Of a DNA stretch of 64,000 bases, positions 53,368 to 60,064 are shown piece by piece; positions within the stretch are counted from its first letter, which is position 1; the number at the start of each line of letters is the position of its first letter. The position numbers and the translations under genes are program-made. The stretch spans positions 1,088,001 through 1,152,000 of the forward strand of contig OZ244207.1 of NCBI GenBank assembly GCA_965216875.1, in the 5' to 3' direction. Source of the stretch: Rubripirellula sp. (GTDB lineage: Bacteria; Planctomycetota; Planctomycetia; Pirellulales; Pirellulaceae). The notes beneath the pieces are model-generated. The model saw only the letters and a program-made list of their open reading frames with translations. It searched no databases and was not told the origin of the DNA.

Positions 53368-53802
53368 TCAGGCGCAAGGTGGTCCGCGCGAAGAAAGCGC
53401 CGACAAGAAGACTTGCTCCGGCGCAACGTCCGAGCAAGGAAGGGTGGTTTCGAGCGTTTCGAGTGGTTGCCAGAAGAGGGTGGGGGTCGCCGCTAGCGAA
53501 CCTGCGCGAGTGGCGAAGAAGCTCTGGCAAATCGAGCAGCTGTCGCTGTCATGATCGTGACCATGCTCGACCGGGGATTCTTCGTGCCCTGATTCGGAAG
53601 CTTCCGTCGAATCGCAGTGATGATGGTGACTACAGCACTGATGTTCATGCTCCTCTTCAACGGGAGCCAAATCGCCCACATGAGCCGCGTGTGGATGGTC
53701 ACAGCCATGGTGCCCAACGTGCATCCAGCCAGCCGCGTTGCCCACCAAAAGGGCCGCAATAGCAAGGAAACTCGTTAGTTTTGAGGCGTGGCGCACAGGC
53801 AA
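53368..53802 (-). CDS. DUF2946-like leader protein (signal peptide, His-rich, CxxC, C-terminal RGPP)
   Basis: Hydrophobic N-terminus; HQCCSHHHHC; HDHDSDSCSIC; ends SSRGPPCA*. Start codon (TTG 53802 or nearby GTG) uncertain. Confidence 0.82.
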   Translation of the reverse strand: MPVRHASKLTSFLAIAALLVGNAAGWMHVGHHGCDHPHAAHVGDLAPVEEEHEHQCCSHHHHCDSTEASESGHEESPVEHGHDHDSDSCSICQSFFATRAGSLAATPTLFWQPLETLETTLPCSDVAPEQVFLSALSSRGPPCA

Positions 53803-53836
53803 AAGCTAGAAAGACCGATCAATACCGCTAAGTTGG

Positions 53837-53876
53837 ATTCTTGGCAGCATTTACGTGGATGTCAACAATGTTGTTC
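53837..53876 (-). promoter_or_regulatory. Putative sigma70 promoter of the DUF2946-DUF58-MoxR operon with overlapping imperfect palindrome
   Basis: Minus strand TTGACA (53865-53860)-N17-AAGAAT (53842-53837); CAACAATGTTG inverted repeat overlaps the -35. Confidence 0.45.
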
Positions 53877-53981
53877 GCGCGGCGGGGCGAATTCACACAG
53901 ACTGAACATTTGACAACCCGTAAAGAGTCTCTCAACGCAAGATTTTGCCGATTGCCATTAGTCTCCGTGGGGGGGAGGCCC

Positions 53982-54441
53982 GTAGGCCGGATCAAGGAGC
54001 GACAGCGACACAGATCCGGCATTCTCGAACGTCCCCTGTAGTTTTCGCCGCTCTCCCCCTTCGCTGCGGTTGCAATCCATCCACCAACTCCGACCCTGGT
54101 GAAGCCACCGAGAGCACAGGGTTCACCGAGAGATTGAGTTGACCTGGAAGCGCGTTGGCAAGGGCCCGAGGCCTCACGGCCGGCGGCTCACTGGTAGGCC
54201 GGATCAAGGAGCGACAGCGACACAGATCCGGCATTCTCGCACGTCCCCTGTAGTTTTCGCCGCTCACCCGCCCTTCGCTGCGATCGCAATTCATCCACCA
54301 AGTCTGCCCCTGCTGAAGCCACAGAGAGCACAGGGTTCACCGAGAGATTGACCGCCGCATGCTCTTCTCCGTGAACGCTGTGCTCTCTGTGGCTCGCCTT
54401 CTCTTGATCTCCCCATGTGACGCCTCCCCCATGTGACGCCT
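53982..54441. repeat. Mosaic repeat cluster at the distal end of the cassette array
   Basis: ~157-bp unit duplicated at 53982 and 54194, each starting with REP-A and ending GCCACMGAGAGCACAGGGTTCACCGAGAG; REP-B between the copies; inverted copy at ~54365-54395; 16-bp tandem CCCCATGTGACGCCT. Confidence 0.9.
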
Positions 54442-54474
54442 GTTGGGTACCAGCGTCGATCGCGAAACCCCGGG

Positions 54475-55026
54475 TCAGCACCAGGTCCATTTCGGATCTT
54501 CATAGATTAGGCAACGGAAACCGAACACGGACAGCCAGTAGGAGCGATGAGCGACACCCGGTCCCTCGGTCTTAGCCGCATGGTCGCAGGCGACGACGAG
54601 CGGGCAGGGCACCGCGGGGCCACCGACGTAGAACCATGGATCGTCGAGTTGTTCGGGGCGGTTCAGCTCGACGGGATCAAAATCAAACCGATTGACCGCT
54701 CGGTTGGGCGATGCGGCGGCAAGTGTTGCTCCCATTTTTCCGGCAAGTTCGGATTGAAGAGTATGGCTGGTCAAAGCGGTCACGATCCAGAGTGTCAAGT
54801 AGGTCGTGGCGAGTGCGACAGCTGCGTAGGCATTGCGACGCATGGAAACGTGCATCGCCGCTGCGAAGCTGAGGTGGATCAGAGAGAACGCGATTCCAAT
54901 CATGCCTTCCATCAATACCATCGCCACCACGATGGCAACGCCAATGGATGTGAGAAGGAACGAACGGAGCGAGAAACGCGATCCGATGGGACGATCGTTG
55001 CTCGATGCGGCGTTACTCTGATTCAT
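54475..55026 (-). CDS. Hypothetical membrane protein (probable terminal cassette gene)
   Basis: 183 aa; RFSLRSFLL N-terminal motif then about 3 TMs. No clear downstream attC. Confidence 0.65.
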   Translation of the reverse strand: MNQSNAASSNDRPIGSRFSLRSFLLTSIGVAIVVAMVLMEGMIGIAFSLIHLSFAAAMHVSMRRNAYAAVALATTYLTLWIVTALTSHTLQSELAGKMGATLAAASPNRAVNRFDFDPVELNRPEQLDDPWFYVGGPAVPCPLVVACDHAAKTEGPGVAHRSYWLSVFGFRCLIYEDPKWTWC

Positions 55027-55160
55027 CGTCTACCGAGGTTCATCATTTGCCGTGTTGTGTTCCACGCTAAGGCGTTGCTTCATTCAAACGCGATGTTGTT
55101 CACAACGGGGCGGTGATGTTCAAAACCGGGCGGTGATCGGAAAGCGGTGTAGTCTCATCT

Positions 55161-55251
55161 AAAGAATGTCAGCGATCACACGGCAGCGACGAGCGATCAT
55201 CTTTATCATTTTTGTCGATTTCGCCACCCGTAGTGCACGACATGGTTAAAC
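55161..55251 (-). other. Degenerate attC-like site 9
   Basis: Minus strand GTTTAAC-CATGT-CGTGCAC...GTGTGATC-GCTGAC-ATTCTTT; 91 bp; R' GTT mutated to ATT. Confidence 0.55.
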
Positions 55252-55481
55252 AGGCGCACCTTGCTCATATACTCGCCTCCCGCACGTGCGAGTGCCTCGT
55301 CCACTTCTGTGAACGCGGCATGTGCCAGTTCGGTATCGGAAAGGTCAGCGGCGTCTGCGGACAGCGTCGGTGTGATTGTAGTCATCGCTTTCGGCGGTTG
55401 TCCTCGTTCCTGCTCATGGAGCGAGCATCCGATGAGTGCAGCGAAAGAAGCGGCAGTCTGGATCGAGCCATCGTTTCGGTC

Positions 55482-55572
55482 GGGTAACACGGATCAGCGG
55501 GGATGGGCGAAAGACGTATAGGCAGAAGAAAAAACGGACCAGCTGTTCTCCGTGTGCATCCGTTGGTTCGTC
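55482..55572 (-). other. Degenerate attC-like site 8
   Basis: Minus strand GACGAAC-CAACG-GATGCACACGG...CCGCTGATCCGT-GTTACCC; 91 bp. Confidence 0.65.
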
Positions 55573-55595
55573 GATTTCTTCGTGTGCAACAGACT

Positions 55596-56132
55596 CTACG
55601 TCGTTTTCGGATTGGATTTGAGTTGAGAAATCACTCCCGTCCGCCACATGTGTTTTGCAGATGGTGATGCAAATTCCGGGAACGACGCTTTTGCAATGTC
55701 CTTGAAGTATTGTCCGACCCAATGCCAAGCTTGGTAGGACTCGCTATCGCAGTAGAAGCCCCACGATGGATTGAGCAAGTCGATCATGAGATCCAGAGTG
55801 TCATCACCAGCGCGGAGTTGAATCGCAAAATCCTGCCCCGAGGGCAGGCGTTGAAAAATTGGATTCCCGTTGTAGAACGCGCGTGGTTCGTTCGCAGCGG
55901 CTCGGATCAAATCCAGATTTTTCGCGGTCAGTGGCGTTCCGGTAGCAAGGATCGTTGCGTCCGAGAGTGGACCATGTGAGCGTTTGCTGATGATGAAAGT
56001 TTCGCCATTCGTTGCGCTGTTTACGATGCGGCGCGTACGCGGGCCAAGTACAGAATCGATATCAAAATCGGGCGATCCGAACTCAAAGACAATTGTGCCT
56101 GAATCAGACAAGTCAACGCTCCTGGTGCACAC
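55596..56132 (-). CDS. Hypothetical protein (cassette gene)
   Basis: Lies between two attC-like sites. The ORF-track start (56189) falls inside the attC, so GTG at 56132 is preferred. Confidence 0.65.
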   Translation of the reverse strand: MCTRSVDLSDSGTIVFEFGSPDFDIDSVLGPRTRRIVNSATNGETFIISKRSHGPLSDATILATGTPLTAKNLDLIRAAANEPRAFYNGNPIFQRLPSGQDFAIQLRAGDDTLDLMIDLLNPSWGFYCDSESYQAWHWVGQYFKDIAKASFPEFASPSAKHMWRTGVISQLKSNPKTT

Positions 56133-56145
56133 GTTTAATCTGTGC

Positions 56146-56236
56146 GGCGGACGAACCGCGTCACCGGGGCCCGCGAGTCGAGTTTCCATTAATAGATCCG
56201 AAACAGTCGGCTTCCGTGCGCACGTGATGGTTCCGC
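56146..56236 (-). other. Degenerate attC-like site 7
   Basis: Minus strand GCGGAAC-CATCA-CGTGCGCACGG...CCGGTGACG-CGGTTC-GTCCGCC; 91 bp; R' GTT mutated to GTC. Confidence 0.65.
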
Positions 56237-56438
56237 CATTCTACACGCAGCAGAAGCGAGCGAAGGCAGTGGACATTATTCTAACGCGGTGGCGACGGAC
56301 CAACGATATCGCACGAGCTCATCACATCGAAAGCATCGTTAACGGCTCCCCAAGCGTGCGGTGAAACCCCGTCGATGACAACAGCACGCACAGCATCGTG
56401 TGTCAGCATTCCCGCTTCCGGCCCAGGTTCGTCAAACG

Positions 56439-56681
56439 TTAGCGGTACAGAATCCTGCGTGTGACAAGATGACCAATGATTGCGTCTCCCCGTTTGATGC
56501 AAACGCCCGACGTGCCCGAGAGTGGATTGCGATCATCGATCGAGCATTCGTATTCTCAGACCTGGTCACCGTCGCTCAAGAGTGTCCTTAGACGCTACCA
56601 GTCAGACTGGACCGCTCCCCAGTCACGGTTGCAATCTTCCTGCGAAAGTTGGGATGAGAGAATGAGCCACGAGTAGTCCAT
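56439..56681 (-). pseudogene. Decayed cassette gene with two in-frame stops
   Basis: MDYSWLILSSQLSQEDCNRDWGAVQSDW*RLRTLLSDGDQV*EYECSIDDRNPLSGTSGVCIKRGDAIIGHLVTRRILYR*; starts ~20 bp after an attC R' box. Confidence 0.5.
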
Positions 56682-56698
56682 ACATGTTCGCTCTGTTG

Positions 56699-56788
56699 AT
56701 GGAACGTTACGAAGCACACGGCGCCGACCGATACCGTGAACTCAAATCGAAACCAATTTCGCCGCTCGTGGGCATTCGGTCGTTATCG
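56699..56788 (-). other. Degenerate attC-like site 6
   Basis: Minus strand CGATAAC-GACCG-AATGCCCACGAGCGGCG...CGCCGTGTGCTT-CGTAAC-GTTCCAT; 90 bp. Confidence 0.65.
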
Positions 56789-56936
56789 GGTATTCGGCAA
56801 TCCGTCAGCCCTGCGTCCAATCGTCATCGTGGGGTTCAAAGTCTCCTGGTTGCCGTCCTTCGGTGCACGACACAACCATCCGTGACGGATCGTTGGACGC
56901 AGGCGGGGCATCCTCTGTCATGAGTGCTCCTCTTTC

Positions 56937-57017
56937 GTAGAACCTCCACAATCACCCGGCACGCGTGATTGAGAATCAAGTTGAAAATGCGTGCGCGAGC
57001 AGATTGGGTTGTTATCG
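56937..57017 (-). other. attC-like site 5
   Basis: Minus strand CGATAAC (contains the TAA stop of the upstream gene)...CGCACGC...GCGTGCCGGGTGATT-GTGGAG-GTTCTAC; 81 bp. Confidence 0.72.
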
Positions 57018-57572
57018 GATTTTCGGGTGGATTAGGATCAGCTTGCTGCGAAAATGAAATGCGCGGCCAGCGTAAATTGTTTTTGCAGGTGTGTCGGCAG
57101 GGTAGCGAGGACTGCCCGAGAATTCGCCAGTTTCATATGCGAGCACTTCGAACTCGCGTCCTAAGAAACGAGCTGCAAGCTCAGACCGCGTGGGTTTTTG
57201 GCTCGGATCGACGGCTTCGGCGAAGGCGTCGTAGTTTGGCCGGAACGGGATTGCATTGCGACTAAAATAGTCGATATCAAAGTCCATTCTGATCGGCGTG
57301 GAGATAGGCTGATTGTCAACTCGAGTGACGAGGACACGGTAGTCGTCATCGGAATCGGTCATCTTGTTGTTGGGGTTAGTGACGAGCTTGCACGTTATCG
57401 GTGCGACGTACCCAAGAGGCTTACCGAGCTTTCCCGTAACGCTCTCGCCGGTGAGCGACCGTACGTCAATCTTGTCCTGTTCAGCTGTCTGCGCAATCGA
57501 GAGCCTCGGAATAAGTAACCCCAGCAGTAAGCCGACAAACGTTTTGAGAATCGTGTCCTGCATTGGCTTCAT
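57012..57572 (-). CDS. Hypothetical exported protein (cassette gene)
   Basis: 186 aa; signal peptide; stop codon lies inside the R'' box, as is typical of cassettes. Confidence 0.78.
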   Translation of the reverse strand: MKPMQDTILKTFVGLLLGLLIPRLSIAQTAEQDKIDVRSLTGESVTGKLGKPLGYVAPITCKLVTNPNNKMTDSDDDYRVLVTRVDNQPISTPIRMDFDIDYFSRNAIPFRPNYDAFAEAVDPSQKPTRSELAARFLGREFEVLAYETGEFSGSPRYPADTPAKTIYAGRAFHFRSKLILIHPKIR

Positions 57573-57573
57573 C

Positions 57574-57642
57574 CGATAACGATCGGGATCACACGGGAAT
57601 CAAAACGAACCACTGCCGCTCCGCAACATCGCATGCTTCGCA
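57574..57642 (-). other. Degenerate, internally shortened attC-like site 4
   Basis: Minus strand TGCGAAG-CATGC-GATGTTGCGG...CCGTGTGATC-CCGATC-GTTATCG; 69 bp; R'' AAC mutated to AAG. Confidence 0.62.
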
Positions 57643-57649
57643 ACACACT

Positions 57650-58183
57650 TTACGGACCAGCATCAGCGAAGCAATACAAGTCATCTTCATCTGTGACAAC
57701 TTTGTATTCGACGACACCGGACCAGTCGTACGTTTGCGCAAGATGCCGATCGGAATCGAGTGGAAGTCCGGTGCGAAGGGCAGTGTTGATGTGGCTGATG
57801 AAAGCGTCCGCAGCTTCAGCGTGTGCGGTTGCGTCTGAGTCGCCGCATGATTCCAGCCAGAAGATTAGGCTAAATGCGGCCATCATGGTTGCGCGCAGGC
57901 TTGAAGCCGGCGCGGTATCACCGATTGGCAGGTCAAGATCGTTCGACCCGTAGTGAACATCATCAAAAAGAGCATTCGTCGCATTGGCGCCATCAAGAAC
58001 TCGCTTGCGTAGGGATGGGTCGATGTTCTGCTTCGCCGACAGTTCGGCTGCGGCGAGCAGCGCATTATGGATGCGCTGCAGATTGTTGCGCTGTCGTTTC
58101 AGTCTGCGAATAGGGTTGCATTGCCTCAGTGAACGCTGGGACGCGCGAATCGCAAGAAACAGACGAAGAGGCCAGTCATCCAT
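57650..58183 (-). CDS. Hypothetical protein (cassette gene)
   Basis: 177 aa ORF that fills the space between two attC-like sites. Confidence 0.7.
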   Translation of the reverse strand: MDDWPLRLFLAIRASQRSLRQCNPIRRLKRQRNNLQRIHNALLAAAELSAKQNIDPSLRKRVLDGANATNALFDDVHYGSNDLDLPIGDTAPASSLRATMMAAFSLIFWLESCGDSDATAHAEAADAFISHINTALRTGLPLDSDRHLAQTYDWSGVVEYKVVTDEDDLYCFADAGP

Positions 58184-58203
58184 TTGTTATGCGTGTCTCT
58201 ACT

Positions 58204-58295
58204 GGCGAACGGCAGTCATCACCGAGCACTCGGGAGTTGAGCATCCAATGCGTGAACACCGACCACCGGTCCTCCGTGACATCCGATGGTTATCG
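58204..58295 (-). other. attC-like site 3
   Basis: Minus strand CGATAAC-CATCG-GATGTCACGGAG...CTCGGTGATG-ACTGCC-GTTCGCC; 92 bp. Confidence 0.78.
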
Positions 58296-58453
58296 GCCGT
58301 TCTGTTCTAGGACGTGAGCTCAACCGTTCCGCCTGTGTCGCTCGGCGGATCACCCAAATGATACCCATTCTCTGGTGGTGCCGCAGTGTAGTCGATCCCG
58401 GCTCTATGCAGCGCCGACATTGCACGAAACGCGATGTCGGCCCAACGCTGCCT

Positions 58454-58542
58454 GGCGAACGGCCGTGATCAGCGGGCACGGCCCATGTGGTCAACATTTG
58501 TAACAGCCCCATGCCGTGCTCCGTTGCATCGCATGGTTCTGC
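58454..58542 (-). other. attC site 2 (intact)
   Basis: Minus strand GCAGAAC-CATGC-GATGCAAC-GGAGCACGGC...GCCGTGCCC-GCTGATC-ACGGCC-GTTCGCC; 89 bp. Confidence 0.86.
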
Positions 58543-58547
58543 GGTTT

Positions 58548-58958
58548 TCACTTCCGTGTCGTAGCGTCAATCCGCCCGAACTCAAATTCATCTTCGTGGC
58601 AGTAAAACACCAACCAATTGTGGTCGAGCGACAAGATCAAGGCGTCATCACGGCCAGGGCATAAGACGTCACGCCAATGGGTGAGGATGAATTCGACCGA
58701 CGTGTCGAACACAGAGTCCAGCCCAAAAATGATACGCAATTCCGTTCCAGCGCACCGATCAGCAAGCCATTGATCGACTAAGTCGGAATCACCTGCCGCA
58801 TCGCATTGCTCAATCTGAGTAACGGATGCGTCGTTCAATCCATAGCGATTTGTTGACGACTGTCCAATCTGCGATTCATACGCGTTCGCGGCGTTATCCG
58901 GTGACAGCCACCGAATCGAGTCACCGAAGTGTTCGTACTGGTCGCGGCGAAAGTTCAT
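58548..58958 (-). CDS. Hypothetical acidic protein (cassette gene)
   Basis: 136 aa bounded by intact attC sites; Trp/Asp-rich (HWRDVLCP..DD...NWLVFYCHED). Confidence 0.78.
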   Translation of the reverse strand: MNFRRDQYEHFGDSIRWLSPDNAANAYESQIGQSSTNRYGLNDASVTQIEQCDAAGDSDLVDQWLADRCAGTELRIIFGLDSVFDTSVEFILTHWRDVLCPGRDDALILSLDHNWLVFYCHEDEFEFGRIDATTRK

Positions 58959-58986
58959 GTTGTCGAGGAGTTACATCCAAACAATC

Positions 58987-59077
58987 GCAGAACGACCGCG
59001 ATAACCGAGTCGCGGCGATTGATTTTCCATTGTCAAAAACGAGGACTCCGCGACTTCGGTTCATCGCATGGTTCCCC
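58987..59077 (-). other. attC site 1 (intact)
   Basis: Minus strand GGGGAAC-CATGC-GATGAACC-GAAGTCGCGG...CCGCGACTC-GGTTATC-GCGGTC-GTTCTGC; 91 bp; two unpaired bases in the left arm. Confidence 0.88.
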
Positions 59078-59081
59078 GCCA

Positions 59082-59822
59082 CTATTTGGTTCGTTCGCCG
59101 AAGCAGCGTTCCATTTGATTGACTATATCAGAAGGAATAGCTGAGCCGTGAAGAAAGGAAAGCTCAAGGTAACCGTTGCCGTTCGCAAGAATATAGTTTT
59201 GCTCTGTGATACCCCAGTAGGGTCCTTGCCAGCGGTACGGTTTCGCAGGCGGTTCTTTGGTATGCTGGACAACGTCAATCACAATCCCGTTCGACTTCGG
59301 TCCAACGACCGCGACCGTATCGTGACCGTATTCTCCATCTTCAAGTTCGGGGTGCAACTGAAACTCCCGACTTCGGCTACGAATTGATAACGAGGTGTCG
59401 TTGATTTCAATCGTATCCAATGGCATGTCGTGAGACGTCATGAATTTCTCGAGTCGTTGTTTCAAGTCTACCAACCCATTGACGCGTCCCTTCACCGCCA
59501 TTTTATCAACCGGACCGTTCCAGTCATTGATGTCTGCCTCGCCTTGCATGTTGACATAGACATGCTTTTTTGAACCATCAGAGCACCCGTAGAAAATGTT
59601 CCATGCTCCACCTTTGCCGTCACCCTCGGCGTTGCCGTACAAACTAACGCCAATTGGATAGTATCGTGACGCGTCATCCGCCAGAAGTGACTCGCCCTTC
59701 TCCAATGCGGCTGCAAGCGTCACGGGCGGGCGGTTAGTATTGACCCAACGGTAGAGCGATCCGTATGCGATCGCGGAAACGAGAGACAGTGCGGCAGCGA
59801 TTGCGAGTCTGGTTTTCAGCAT
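59082..59822 (-). CDS. Hypothetical exported/membrane-anchored protein (first cassette gene)
   Basis: 246 aa; hydrophobic N-terminus; ATG 17 bp after the attI-like GTT; stop 4 bp before R''. Confidence 0.8.
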   Translation of the reverse strand: MLKTRLAIAAALSLVSAIAYGSLYRWVNTNRPPVTLAAALEKGESLLADDASRYYPIGVSLYGNAEGDGKGGAWNIFYGCSDGSKKHVYVNMQGEADINDWNGPVDKMAVKGRVNGLVDLKQRLEKFMTSHDMPLDTIEINDTSLSIRSRSREFQLHPELEDGEYGHDTVAVVGPKSNGIVIDVVQHTKEPPAKPYRWQGPYWGITEQNYILANGNGYLELSFLHGSAIPSDIVNQMERCFGERTK

Positions 59823-59832
59823 GGCTTTAGTC

Positions 59833-59852
59833 GGGGAACTTATTTATCAGCT
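59833..59852 (-). other. attI-like recombination site
   Basis: Minus strand ...CTGATAAATAA-GTTCCCC; GTTCCCC is exactly complementary to R'' (GGGGAAC) of the first attC; no attC-type palindrome upstream. Confidence 0.68.
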
Positions 59853-59993
59853 GGTGAACGGGTGAGAATACGGCGTGCTGGGTGTTCTCGCCGAGTGGAC
59901 CTTCGGTACGGTCGGTGACACGCGCCTTGATCCTCGTATTCTCACTGGTCGCTCCAGTATTCTCACCGGTTAGGTGGTAACCACTCTGGGGGT

Positions 59994-60022
59994 ATTCTCG
60001 CCGTTGACATTTGGGTTGTCAA
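59994..60022 (-). promoter_or_regulatory. Putative Pc-like promoter facing the cassette array
   Basis: Minus strand TTGACA (60022-60017)-N17-GAGAAT (59999-59994). A second TTGACA lies on the plus strand at 60004-60009. Confidence 0.5.
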
Positions 60023-60064
60023 ATTGTTGGATCGCGCCGGGCTCACTCTTATTGGGCAATGATT

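Larger units (their letters stand above)
54475..59850 (-). mobile_element. Integron-type gene cassette array without an integrase in the window (CALIN with attI-like site)
   Basis: Co-oriented short ORFs, each followed within 0-23 bp by a mostly ~90-bp imperfect palindrome bounded by ..AAC and GTT..; cassette 5' ends complementary to their own R'' boxes. Confidence 0.85.

Noticed and set aside
55030..55140. A tenth attC-like site and a short GGGCGGTGAT duplication upstream of the 54475-55026 gene
   Set aside because: Too degenerate to define R and L boxes; may be an old remnant but cannot be supported.
55206..55490. 94-aa ORF as an intact cassette gene
   Set aside because: It starts and ends inside attC-like sites, so it is more likely a fragment.
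56439..56681. Stop-codon recoding (Sec/Pyl) in the ORF with in-frame TAG and TGA
   Set aside because: It lies in the decayed part of the array; two different stops are more simply point mutations, and no SECIS-like evidence was seen.
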